From contig CM035351.1 of assembly GCA_020137815.1 (NCBI GenBank), forward strand, positions 372,001 to 436,000: a DNA stretch of 64,000 nucleotides. The letters are read 5' to 3'. This document shows, piece after piece, positions 44,185-57,418 of this stretch. The translations under genes and the position numbers were made by a program. This stretch comes from Hormiphora californensis (taxonomy: Eukaryota; Animalia; Ctenophora). The notes below the pieces were generated by a model. The model saw only the letters and a program-made list of their open reading frames with translations. It made no database searches and was not told the origin of the DNA. Numbering within the stretch: position 1 is the stretch's first letter; the number at the start of each line of letters is the position of its first letter.

Positions 44185-47100
44185 GGTGACGATAACCCAG
44201 AACAAGAGGCAGATGTTCAGTTTGAGCCCCTGGTTCAGCTCACCAAGGTAGATACGAAAAGTGGTGAGGAGGACGATTGTGAGATTTACAAACACAGAGC
44301 TAAACTATTCAGGTAACTATGTGAGGTGTACAAACACAGAGCTAAACTATTCAGGTAACTATGTGAGGTGTACAAACACAGAGCTAAACTATTCAGGTAA
44401 CTATGTGAGGTGTACAAACACAGAGCTAAACTATTCAGGTAACTATGTGAGGTGTAACTAGGTAACCCTGGTGGTGTGCCAAACACTCACAAACAAACGA
44501 TCCAACAGAGTTAGAGAAACGAACTAACTCATATGTTTGACCACATTCCAGGTTTGACGGTGATGCTAATATGTGGAAAGAAAGGGGGGTTGGAGACATG
44601 AGGATTCTCCAAGATAAATTCACCAAGAAATCTCGACTTCTCATGAGACGAGATATCATCCTGAAGATCTGCTGTAACCATCTCATTACCAAGGCGATGG
44701 ACATGCTACCGAATGCGGGCAGTGATAAGTCTCTTGTAAGTCTTGGTGTAATTTGGGGTTTTTGGTAACTGATTCAGCCCTCCCTCGACCAACTCAGAGG
44801 TTTTTAACCTACTTACACAACTATACAGGGTGTCCCATTGTCTTTATGCGACCTGCTGTCCTGTACTATCACTCCCAATTCTTCTCTCCGCAGGTTTGTA
44901 CTATAATGTACTATAATGTACTTCTCCGCAGGTTTGGTTTACCAGTTCTGACTACGCCGAGGGGGAGCCCAAAGCAGAGAGACTTGCAATTCGGTTCAAG
45001 ACTGCAGCCATCTGCCAGTCGTTCCTAGAGGCATTTACTAAGGCAAAGGAAGAGTCACCTGAACCAGGCAGTACTCCTGAGAAAAAGAAACCACCCACGG
45101 AGTCTGTGCCATCCTTTGGTATTTTAGCTGCTAGTGGGGATAAAGCTCCCTTCGCAGCTCTGGGTACCACAACCACTGCTAGCCCTGTTAAAGAGAGTGG
45201 GTTGAGGGAGGAGACTGATACCTATGAGCCAGATGTGCAGTTTACCCCTCTGGTAACATTGGAGAAGGTTGAGACTACTTCTGGGACTGAGGACGAGGAG
45301 ACAAAGTTTATACACCGATGCAAACTGTACAGGTGGGTGTGTGGATAGTTTTATCATATTATCATCTTTATTAGTAGTGGATCCCAGCCGTAATCCCTCT
45401 ATCTTCGAATGTCTTTTCCCTTTCTAATCCCTGCACATTTGACATTATTCCCATGGAATGGATACCACCCGCCCTTCCTAGTATTTGCCTAGCTAGACTG
45501 TGTTTCGCGCGCCCGCTCGCGAAACACAAATGTAAAGAAGGGTTATGTAAAGAAGGGTTAGAACATAACAACCTAGTATAATGCTAAACATTTGACCCAC
45601 TTAGGTTTGATAAGGATACCAGCCAGTGGAAGGAGCGAGGTTTGGGTGACATTAGTGTAATGTGGAACAAGAGGGCGGGTAAAGCTAGGATCCTGATGAG
45701 AAGAGAACAAGTCCTAAAGATCTGCTGCAACCACTCTGTAACACCCGAGATGAAGCTGGATTACAAACAGGGTGAGCAACGTGATGATTAACTTGAGTCA
45801 CTCACTTTAGGTTGACAGAGGATATAATGATGTTTTACAGCCTGTAAAACATCATATCCTCTGCAGTCTGCTGCCTCCAGTGAGCACCCTGTATAACTGG
45901 AGAATATAGTTTTGAAGCATGACTTTACAATTAAAATTAATTCCAGGTAACGATAAGTTCCTCATGTGGCACACCTTTGCTGATTTTTCTGATGGAGAAC
46001 AGAGGTTTGAGCAACTAGCGGCGAGGTTCAAAACAGCCGAGGCTGCTTCTGGGTTCAAATCTGCTTTTGATGAGTGCCAGTCTAACCTAGGAAAGGTAAA
46101 TGTTCTGATTCTTGAAATGTTTGAGTGTGTAATTTGGTCTTCACATGGGTGCTTGTAGTCAGAATACGGTATCGGTTCAACACGGTATGAGTGAAAAACG
46201 GTAAGACGAGACCAATCAGAGCGCCAGATTGAAATCACGTGATTCCTGTCGATACCGAAATATATATGTATTTCAAATATATATGTATTTCAGAAACCGT
46301 AATGGTCAAATACCGTATTATTCAGACACTGTATTCCCACTACAAGCAGCACTGTTAGATTCAACTCTACCCGTTCGTTTATTCACCGGGCCAGTATTGA
46401 CATTGTTCTCCCATTACAGGTGGATCTCAGTGAGGACCCATCCAGTAAGGAGGCCAGTAAGGCGATAGAGAAGGTATCTCTGACAGAGACAGATGGTTCT
46501 GAATCAGCAGTTAGCAAGCCTGCTGAGGGAGGTGGAATTGCGGATTTCATTGCTGCACAGAAACTAAAGTGGACGTGTGACGTGTGTGGGTTGAAGAACG
46601 ATCAGGCTGCTATGTTGTGTATTGCATGCCAGGCACCCAACCCTAATGCACCTGTCGTAGCCCCAGGAGGTGGAGCAGATACCGCCACACCAGCGGCTGT
46701 ACCTTCTTTCACTTTCGGGTGTGCTACCGGTGCAGGACCAGCTGCCTTCAGTTTTGGGAACAAACCAGCTGTCCCCGCCGCTACTACCTTCTCATTTGGA
46801 AATGCTACAACCACACCAGCTGCAGCACCAACGTTCAGCTTTGGTAATACCCCCGCTTCCAATACTTTCCAGTTTGGGGCTCCAGCTCCTGCTACAAAGA
46901 CACCGGAGAAAGAGCCCGCCAAACCGTCACCATTCGCCGGGTTTGAGTTTGGGCCTCGCACTACCACCACCGTTGCAGCTACAGTCAACTGGGATGCTTT
47001 TGTAACTACACCAACAGAAACCGATCTGAAGGGAATATCTGACCCCAAGGTAAGGAAGAATGGAGGGGGGAACAGGGCCGGGATGGGGTTTATCATGCGT

Positions 47101-47568
47101 TCATCTAACTTGATCATAAAGGTCGAATTTAAGAAGAAATTTGTCTACCGAGAGCCCACACCTCCCAAACTCTAACACATCTCTCATTCACAGGCTGTTC
47201 TTAACGCCCTGGACACGGCTAACGCATCCAAGACTGCAGCATTTATTGGACGGCTATCTAAAGTCGTAACCAATGAAACTACAGATACCTGTCAAAAAAT
47301 GGTGAATGCTGTTCTGGCTTCTTCGTACGAGTCATGTAACCATGCGTTCCTGACGAACGAGCTGCTGATAACACTAGACTTCATAAAGAGTGAGGACAAA
47401 GATTTCAAACCGGTATCCGATACTGATGCCATGCTCAATCTCATCTCCAAAACCATCGCTGAGCCGTTCTTCCCTGAGACGAGCAAGAAAACAGTGGCTG
47501 CGTTCGTCCGGAAAGAAGCAAAGAAGATTAAAAACAGTGCCACCGTGATTGAACGATTTGAGATCTGA
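41247..47568 (+). CDS. RANGAP1: RanGAP1 with two internal RanBD, a RanBP2-type zinc finger and FG repeats; 16 exons
   Basis: LRR domain ([45 protein letters not shown]), acidic tract, RanBD1 (RAKLFRF...WKERGVG...LKICCNH...LAIRFK), RanBD2 (RCKLYRF...WKERGLG...LAARFK), [10 protein letters not shown]...CIAC, C-terminal [12 protein letters not shown]. All 15 GT-AG junctions keep phase. Confidence 0.9.
44287..44457 (+). repeat. 42-bp tandem repeat of an exon end plus 5' splice site (4 copies)
   Basis: TACAAACACAGAGCTAAACTATTCAG|GTAACTATGTGAGGTG. Confidence 0.9.
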
Positions 47569-48022
47569 GCTCGTTTTGAATTGTTTATATGCGAGTTGGT
47601 AGACTATCTGAGCTCACTGCGATGTGATCACTGTGAATCACATTGCGATGTGGGGCTGCGATACTGATTGTGTTCTAACCGGTGCGAAAATTTGAAGCTT
47701 TCGCTTTTTACCCTCAGTAAATGGTGTACATTTTGTGTCGAACTAACAAATATATCAGCTTGTGTGGCAAGGAACGGACCGGTGCACCTTCAAATGACGT
47801 CATTCTAAAGGTGCGCGCAAAGATATTTCGCGCAGAGTTGTCACAAAAATGCGCGTTTACGAACTCAAACTTTGAATTTCGGGTTCCAGCTCATCTTGTT
47901 TTTTTAAAACTTTTTGAAACTTTTTGAGTTTTCCTGGGCCGTCTTAATTTTGATGTATGACGTCAAACTTATTACTTTATCACTGCAATTTTCCATCTTT
48001 ATAATTTTTTGTTCGCAGGGGC

Positions 48023-51000
48023 ATGTTCCGAAACTGGTCAGATAAGAAAAATGAAGCTGTCAAGAACACCGGAACCGAGTTTGTGGCACGGGACTACCAG
48101 CTGGAGATGTTGGAGAGAGCCAAAAAGGAGAACAGTATCGTAATGTTACCTACAGGTGCTGGAAAAACTTATGTAGCTGTTCTACTCATCCGCCATTTCC
48201 TTCACGAAGTATTTACCGATCCTTTGTGGGAAGGAAACAGGAATGGAGATCCAAACTGGAAGCGAACATTTTTTCTTGTGAATCAAGTTACTTTAGTGGG
48301 ACAACAGGCAAAGGTTCTTAGGAGTCATCTTGGGGTACAAGTAGCCGAGATTTCAGGAAACTCTAAAAATGTGGATAATTGGGATAAAGCATCGTGGTAT
48401 CAGCAGTTCAAAAAGAGTCAACTGTTTGTAATGACAGCGGCGATTTTCCGTGATCTGCTCGCCAATGGGTTCATCAAGGCAAGAAACGTGAATGTCCTCA
48501 TTCTGGACGAGTGCCATCATGTAAAGAAGAACCATACCATGACAGTGATTATGAGAGACTATTGGAATGTAGAGCAACCACCCGGCAGAGTTCTCGGTCT
48601 AACTGCATCTGTTGTGGATGAGAAGAATGTGAACACTGATAACACTCGGGGTATAGAGCAGCTGATCAATAACCTTCAAGCAATCCTCAAAGCTCGATTG
48701 ATCACTCCAAAGGAGTTCACATTTGATGAAAGCCTTCTTCCATCGCCCGAGATTAGAAAGTTCGACACTGCAAAGTATGGTATTCATCTGTTAACCTGTT
48801 TGTCCAACATCGAAACAGTTTTTGCGGGAGTTGACACCAAAGAACTACCTGTTGAGGAGCAGTCACCCTATCGTCACATCAAGAAGTTCGCCACAAGTTT
48901 GCCCAAGATTATTCGGGAAGTTGGTGTTGATTCTCTGTTGACCTACTTGACTTCTGATCGAGGCCTCATCGTCGAATTGGACAACCTGCTTTGTAATGAG
49001 ATCCTAGCGCCGATTGAGGTGGATGGTAAAACACAGGAGCGATTCACATACATGATTGGAAAGGTCCTTAAAAACAAACTTCAACAGTTGAGTAACATCG
49101 CTATGCACGTCCTAGAAGAGTCTAAGGAAGTCAGAATGGCGCCAAAGTTCTACTCTCTCGTAAAGTTGATACTGGAATTACAAGCCACCAGCAACAACAC
49201 ATCTCGTATCATCGTCTTTATTGAAACAAGACGTGTGGTTCAAGCCATGTACAGTTACATAAGGGAGCTTGCAGACAAGGTGAAAAGTTGTCAAAACATG
49301 AAAGTTGCCTACGTCCTGGGAGGCACATCGTCTGGTGAGCTCCAGGATCGACAGAACATGTCCGAATTTGAGTTTGCTGAAATGGAGGTGGCTAAGAAAA
49401 AACAAGAACGAGCACTCCTCAACTTTAGGGAGGGGAAATGTAACATTTTGTTAGCGACAAGTGTGGTTGAAGAGGGTCTGGATATCCCGGCGTGTAATGT
49501 TGTCATTCGTTACGATTTCCCGCAAACCTATCGGGCTTTTGTGCAGAGCAGGGGTCGAGCACGACAGAAACCAGCCCGATTTGTGTTCTTCATCCCCGAG
49601 CACGAGATGGCTGAGAGAAAGATGCTCCTGGATAAGTTCAATAAAGTTGAGAAGTTGCTAACTAGCTTTGCTGTAAGTAGTGGTGAGGAACTTGATTTTG
49701 ACGATGTAGAGGACTCAGATTATAGTAGACTTATTGCCCCTCTCCAAATAGAAGGGTCACCTGCAAAGATTACTGCTATCGACTGTATACAACGGCTCAA
49801 TTTCTACTGTGAACAGCTCCCGAAGGATGAGTATACCTCAAACAGACCGGTGGACACCCTGGAGGGTGGTCCAGGTGCTTATACAACCACTATTGTCCTC
49901 CCCAAGCTGTGTCCCATAGATCACCCTATCAAGGGTGATAGGATGCCTAACAAGAAACTAGCCAAGATGTCAGCTGCTAGGAACGCTTTGTGGGCGCTAT
50001 GGGAGGCAGGCGAGTTATCTGATGTGTTCCTTCCTATATTCCGACAAAAGGAAAGTGATACTCTGCCAATTGAATCTGAGGAGGGACGAACTGTGACAGT
50101 AGATCAGAAACTAAAAGTCCCCACAATCTTCTGGCGGAAAGATCTGGGTTCACAGGAGCTGTTCCTCTACTCAATCCGGGTATCTCTGGAACCGAACAGT
50201 CCTGATTTCAAGGAGTATTTTGTCCAGGGCAAGAGTCACAAAGTTGTTTGTTTTGGTATCATTACAACTGAGAAAACTCCCCGAACCGTTTCCAGTATTT
50301 GACGTCTTCCCCCGTTATGGAACGGTAACTGTCCGGTTTGTGTTCGAGAAGACGCTTGAAGTTCCCCCTGCATCTCTCAATCGTATGAAGTGGTTCCAAG
50401 AGGCTCTGTTCATTCACACTCTAGAGATAAAGGCTCTGAGTAGCATCCTAAATGCCAGATTCAAGGACTTCCTAGTGGTGCCACTATGTATGAAGCGAGG
50501 TCTGAAGAAGAGTGCCACACTTGAAGTTGATACAAGGTTCATTGAGCAGCTAAGAAAACAGTGGGACTCAGAACATAACCACTGGAAGTTTGGGAACATC
50601 CCTGAAAAGGAAGAGGATTGTGTGGATTGCGTGTTGTTCGCTCACTACAAGTTCCCAACGCATCACAACAATAACCTGATAGGATCCTTCCTCTACGTGG
50701 TGGAAGGAGTTTCAGAGACCATGACTGCAGAGAGCAGGTTACAGGGGAAGAGGGAGGATGGGATGACGTATCTACAGTATCATCAGGAGAAGGGTCAGGA
50801 AATACAGAGACCGGGGCAGAAGCTGCTAACAGCTCGAAACGTAACAAGGCACTATGAGTACCTGAGTGGCGGTAAATCTGGACAGTATAAAATTAACATG
50901 CTACTTGTTGGGGAAATTCACCAAGTTCACCCCATGCCGTCCTCTTTGTGGAATCAAGCTACTTGTCTACCTTCTATCTTGTGGAGACTAGAAACGTGTC

Positions 51001-52790
51001 TTCTAGCACACGAACTAACCAACACACTGTACAAAGAAACAGAGCTGACAATCACCCTTCTGGCTTCTAAATACAACGACTATTTTAGAGAGGAGGTCTC
51101 TAACTTGATGGCAAAACTCCAACGAAACCAGCGATATAATGGCCCTATAGACTGGTTAGAGACTCTTCATGCGATTACCCACAAGGCCTGTAAGGCAGGA
51201 TTCAGTCTGGAGAGATTGGAATACCTGGGGGATAGGTTCCTGAAGTTCGTCTCCACCCTGTATTACTACCGGGTTATGCCTGATAAACACGAGGGGTGGC
51301 TGAGCAGGTTCCGGAGCGAGATGGTTTGTAATAAGAATCTAGCGATCAGATGTAGTAGAACCCTATCATTACCCCGGTATATTCTAAACAAGAATGTTGA
51401 CCCTGGTAAACATTGGATCCCGCCCACACTCCTACCTGAGCGGGTTGTCAAGGGTCTAGCCACTGCTTCCCAACTCCTCGAGAACCCCTGTGATCCCGAG
51501 GGTCTAACGGACAAGGAACGGGAGCAGATGCACGTGCAGAGGAAGTCAGCATTGCAGTGCGCTGAGGTGGACAAGTTCCTGAAGGCAGAACCTGTTGAAT
51601 CGGTAGAGGAATCGTTGGAGAAGTTGTGTGATTTGATACCAGATGAGCTACTTCAGAGGCTGAGCATCAAGGATATTGCAGATAGTATGGAGTCTCTGAT
51701 TGGTTTGTGCGTCAGTCGGTACGGGTATAAGATGGCGGTAGAGTTGATTGATAAGATAGCGATATCTACATTTGAGGGTACTGAGGGAGGACCCCGGTTG
51801 CTGGGTGACTATCTCTACCAACCCACACCCGCACCTGTAATATACAGCAAATCAGAGAGCCAGCAGCGGATAGGACGGGCTCGGTGTCGGGACTTGGCGG
51901 GGCTCCAGGAGACCCTTGGTTACACCTTCAGAGAGCCGCTCTACTTGTTGGAGGCAGTAACCCACGCTACCTTCACTGACATTGATGTGTGTTATCAGAG
52001 GTTGGAGTTTCTGGGGGATGCAGTCCTTGATGTCTTAATGGTGTTCAAGTTTTACGAAGAGAAACCAGAGTACGACCAAGGAGAACTATCCAAACTTCTA
52101 TCCTCCCTGGTGTGTAACACAACCCTCTCCAAAGTGTGTATCCAGCTAGGAATACACCGGTATCTCCTCTACACCTCTCCAGAACTGTACAGCACTCTTG
52201 CTCGATTCTACGCTAACTTTGAGGAACAAGAACTAAAGGAATGGGTCAGCAGTATGACACTAGAGCGGGTGATTGTGGGGAGTATTGCTAGTGACACCCT
52301 TGAGGAGCAGCCCGTAGTAGATCTAGACAGTAAGGTGGTACAAGCCCCCAAGTTGTTAGGTGATCTGGTGGAGGCTGTGATTGGCGCCATCTACCTGGAC
52401 TGTGGGGAGGACATGGAGGTAGTTTGGAGAGTCATATGGCCATGGTTCAGTAAGTTTTACAATGCATACCGGGATAACCCGCCTCAGAATCCACGGGATC
52501 TGGTGAATCTGAGGTGTCCTGGGAACAGGAGGGAGGTGCTGGACCTGCCTGGTAATCAATTCAAAGTGTGTGCTAAAGTTAGTATCGGTGGGGATTACGT
52601 GAAGGGGAAGCAGACACCGGTATATGAGTTTGTAACAACAGGGAGGGATAGAGAGACCGCCATGGATGTGTGTTTTGGTAGGGCTTGGGTCTTCTATAAG
52701 AACTTCCTGGACCCAGACAGGGCGGTGGTGGTGGATCCCCAGGAGGGACCTAGTGGGATGGATCCCCAGGAGGGACCTAGTGGGTCTTAG
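48023..52790 (+). CDS. DICER1: Dicer (DExH helicase, DUF283, PAZ region, two RNase III domains), intronless, with one +1 frameshift at about 50273-50276
   Basis: RDYQLE, LPTGAGKT, ILDECHH, GLTAS, ATSVVEEGLDIP, QSRGRAR; LNFYCEQLPKD (DUF283); LPSILWRL; ERLEYLGDRFL; IADSMESLIG; YQRLEFLGDAVLD; PKLLGDLVEAVIGAIYLD. Confidence 0.93.
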
Positions 52791-53003
52791 TGGATTGTTA
52801 TATGGGAATAATGTGAAATCGTTTTTTGATTTGTCAAACATTACTGGCATGTTTTATCTTTGTTTTTGTAAGATGGCTCTTTTAAAAATGATGAAAGTAT
52901 AATGTTTTAAATTATCAATCTATCCATTTTGTAATTCTAGCTGTTTTCCTAGTTTTCCCTGCCCCAATATATTCTAACCCTCCCCTTCGTTCTAGCACAC
53001 AGT

Positions 53004-56000
53004 ATGTCTCATGAGTATAGTGATCTTGACAGGTAAGATTTAGTAGAGTAAAAGTTGTTTTGTTCGAACAAGGCAAGGTAAAAGTAGGCACTAGCTATGA
53101 TGTCATACAATTGCAGACACCTAGTCCGACCTAGGGCATGGTAACACACTTGTAGACTATAGTAAACCTATTATACCAGTTGTCTGAGAGAGGTCTACGT
53201 CTAGGATATTATATCCCTGTTACACATACAATGTTTACACTTTGTCGTTGCAGGACCCCTTGTTACTGTGTAGTTGTAACACCCTCTACCTACTGCCTAT
53301 TATAGACAGATTGTTGTAACAACCCCTCCTCGCCTCTACACACTGTAACAACTAACACCCCTCCTCTCTACAGGCAGATAGAGCAGCTTAAGAAATGCGA
53401 GACTATTAAGGAGTCTGAGGTTAAAGCTCTGTGTGCTAAGGCCCGTGAGATACTCTCCGAAGAGTGCAACATCCAGAGGGTTGACTCTCCTGTGACTGTG
53501 TGTGGTGATATTCATGGACAGTTCTATGATCTAAAGGAACTTTTTAGGGTAAACCAATAAACCATCTCCCCTCAAGTAGAGATTCTCCAGTAAACCATCT
53601 CCCCTCCAAACCACCCCCCTCTCGCCTTTAAACAATTCCCCCTCTCATCTTTTCTAAACTATCTCCCTCCCCTCTTCCCCTAAACCATCGACATCCCTTC
53701 TTCCCCAAACCATCATGACAACATTTATGTTTTAGTTTAGAGATCCAATTTGATATTAAAACTACATTTTGCTGTATCTTCAGGTTGGTGGCGATGTTCC
53801 CAGTACCAACTATCTGTTTATGGGTGACTTTGTAGATCGTGGTTTCTACAGTGTGGAAACTTTCCTGCTCCTCCTAGCACTCAAGGTAAATAATAATATC
53901 GTGTAGGTGTTCTAGGTGATCTGAGTACACCTTGATTATCTAATCACAATTTCAATTTCCCAAACAAGTAACATGCAACCACCGATAACTAACCCCATTT
54001 CCCTCTTTGTCTCTCCAGAAGGTAACCCTCCCTCCATCTCCAGGTGCGGTACCCAGACCGGATCACACTAACCCTCTCTCCATCTCCAGGTGCGGTACCC
54101 AGACCGGATCACACTAACCCTCTCTCCATCTCCAGGTGCGGTACCCAGACCGGATCACACTAACCCTCCCTCCATCTCCAGGTGCGGTACCCAGACCGGA
54201 TCACACTAACCCTCCCTTCATCTCCAGGTGCGGTACCCAGACCGGATCACACTAACCCTCCCTTCATCTTCAGGTGCGGTACCCAGACCGGATCACACTA
54301 ACCCTCCCTTCATCTTCAGGTGCGGTACCCAGACCGGATCACACTAACCCTCTCTCCATCTCCAGGTGCGGTACCCAGACCGGATCACACTAACCCTCTC
54401 TCCATCTCCAGGTGCGGTACCCAGACCGGATCACACTAACCCTCTCTCCATCTCCAGGTGTGGTACCCAGACCGGATCACACTAACCCTCCCTTCATCTC
54501 CAGGTGCGGTACCCAGACCGGATCACACTAACCCTCCCTTCATCTTCAGGTGCGGTACCCAGACCGGATCACACTAACCCTCTCTCCATCTCCAGGTGCG
54601 GTACCCAGACCGGATCACACTAACCCTCTCTCCATCTTCAGGTGCGGTACCCAGACCGGATCACACTAACCCTCTCTCCATCTCCAGGTGCGGTACCCAG
54701 ACCGGATCACACTAACCCTCTCTCCATCTCCAGGTGCGGTACCCAGACCGGATCACACTAACCCTCTCTCCATCTCCAGGTGCGGTACCCAGACCGGATC
54801 ACACTAACCCTCTCTCCATCTCCAGGTGCGGTACCCAGACCGGATCACACTGATCAGAGGTAACCACGAGAGTAGACAAATCACCCAGGTATACGGGTTC
54901 TATGACGAATGTCTCAGAAAATATGGAACCATTAACGTGTGGTACTACTGCACCGAGGTACGTGCTCTTAGTTCTTACTACTACTGTCTACTAATAGTAG
55001 TAACGGTGCCGGACGGTGCTCTTGTGGTGTTGTAATGTTATTGTCGTTGTTTTGTTTTGTACTCAAATGAAAGTTGTTGACTTGTACTACAGGCTGTAGA
55101 CAAGATGTTGACCTGCACACAAGATGATTCGGTAACTTTTGAGTTTTGACTGCATGTTATGTAATTTGCAAGGATCTCTCTATGAGAGATGATCTTTACT
55201 CAATATTATTATGTAATCTAACATCCCAGGTGTTTGACTATCTGTCACTCTCTGCCATGATTGATAATAAGATATTCTGTGTCCATGGTGGGTTGTCTCC
55301 CTCTGTTCAGACCATTGATCAGATCAGGGTGATAAACAGAAAACAGGAAGTCCCCCATGATGGACCCATGTGCGATCTACTGTGGTCTGACCCAGAAGGT
55401 AAATAGGAGAGTCGAGAGAGTATTATCATGTTGTACTGAGTACCATATATTGTGCCAATGTCACACACACACTGTGACAGAAATACCTTGTGTAACATGA
55501 GAACACATGTGTGTGTGTGTGAGACACAAACACTCTGTCTTGCTTCCTTACTACTCATATCCGTCTATACATATTAATTGGATTCATATCATGAATTGAA
55601 ATTCTAGACCTCAAATTAGATATTATTAATACCAATCTATCATCATTCCCCCAGACATTGAGGGTTGGGGTCTATCTCCCCGAGGTGCTGGCTACCTATT
55701 CGGGGTGGATGTGGTCCAAACATTCAATGAGACTAACAATGTCGAGATGATATGTCGTGCCCATCAGTTGGTTATGGAGGGGTACAAGTGGCACTTCAAT
55801 AACATGGTCCTAACTGTCTGGTCCGCACCCAACTATTGCTACAGGTAGGGAACAAGCAAGGGAAGCACACGGGGTCTGTGTGCCGTATGTTGTACTCGCA
55901 CGATAGACTCATAATAAACGTAGGATCTCACAGCCCTTGATTTTGGATGTCTAATGTCGAACACTCTTCTTCTTTGTAGATGTGGTAACGTAGCAGCCAT

Positions 56001-56379
56001 CCTTGAGCTAGATGAGAACCTTCAACAGAACTTTACTATCTTCGAGGCAGCACCCACTGTAAGTACTGCAGCTGGGGGACGTGAGTGGCCGAACCAGGGT
56101 GGTGGGGGTTGTACAGCACCGGGGGGTGCTGAAAGTACCGCTGCTGCTGCTGTGGGTGTCAGGAACCAGAGGGTGCCACCATTGGGAGCGTGGTAGAAAC
56201 TGGAAAGAAGTCCATTTGATACTCCGGTGTAGAGCGGGAGATGTTCCGATATTGTTTGTGATAGTATCTATCTCCGCTCTATCAACCACTTTTGACTGAT
56301 GTGTAGTGTACGGCGTGTGTGAGGGAGTCACTTGATTAATAAATGCGGGGGTCTTTACTTTTCTCCCTCTCTTCCTATT

Positions 56380-56411
<32 letters not shown>

Positions 56412-56532
56412 CACACTATTTTGAGAGATGATCTCTCTCTCTCTCTGACAGTGCTTCTAACACTTATTCTCTCCCCTCCAGGACAGTAGAGGAGTACCGT
56501 GCAAGAAGCCCCAGCCTGACTACTTTTTGTAA
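53004..56532 (+). CDS. PPP4C: Serine/threonine protein phosphatase 4 catalytic subunit, 8 exons
   Basis: SDLDR|QIEQL...[17 protein letters not shown]...[15 protein letters not shown]|VGGDVP...[21 protein letters not shown]|[15 protein letters not shown]...WSAPNYCYR|CGN...PDYFL*. Confidence 0.96.
54022..54850 (+). repeat. 46-bp tandem array of the 3' splice site plus exon start in PPP4C intron 3 (17 full units before the true exon)
   Basis: GTGCGGTACCCAGACCGGATCACACTAACCCTCTCTCCATCTCCAG repeated from 54044 to 54825. Confidence 0.95.
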
Positions 56533-57331
56533 CAGACAACTCTGCTTTATCTCTTTGTATTGTGATGTAGAGTCAGACGATGATCATACCGAACGATCCG
56601 CAATGCTGATATGTGTCTATTAAATATTTCTCTCTCCCTCTCTCAATTCGAATCTTATTAAAAGTACAAACTCGGTGTCTTCTTGTTTCTGGTCCATGAG
56701 TGATGTAATTCACCGGGTGGAGTGGCGGAGAGTGTTTTCGATTGTAAACGGGTACATTTGCCAATCGGTGCTGTAACGCGCGATGACAAGTTGCATACTG
56801 AGCTGGCGCAGAACGCGCCATATTTGTTGGCACGCGCAAATAAAAGCCGCGCCGCGCGATGAGCATTTTACCGAAAGTCAGCTCATATCAGCTTCAGTCC
56901 ATGATGAGATTTTAGTTACTATGAGCATACTCGGAAATGTTCAGGTAGTGCACAGGTCGAGAACACAGGTAGTGCACAGTCACGCGCAAATCAAAATCAG
57001 GTAAGTCACATTGATGAGCCGCGCGAGTTTGAAAAATAGATTAAAATGTCTGGAATCTGTTCATTTCATAGCAGACCTTCTCCACGACCGTGTCCAGACC
57101 TTGTGCTGACCTTGTGCTCGACCTCGTGCTCGACCTCGTGCTTGATCTCGTGCTTGATCTCGTGCTTGACCAATGACCTCTCTCTGTCTCTCTCTGTCAC
57201 TCTCTCTCTCTCAGAGAGAGAGAGAGAGAAGAGAGAGTAGACGAGAGAGACGAGAGAGGGAAGGAAAGAGAGATGACACGAGATAGAGAGAGAGGAGATG
57301 AGCCGAGAAGGAGAGGAGAGATGAGAGAGAG

Positions 57332-57379
<48 letters not shown>

Positions 57380-57384
57380 GAGCG

Positions 57385-57418
<34 letters not shown>

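Noticed and set aside
44186-47050. Separate RanBP1/RanBP2/Nup50 gene downstream of RanGAP1
   Set aside because: No stop or start separates it from the LRR exons, and the RanGAP1 C-terminal domain follows it in frame.
54022-54850. CRISPR-like array in PPP4C
   Set aside because: No variable spacers; the unit is a copy of the acceptor and exon start.
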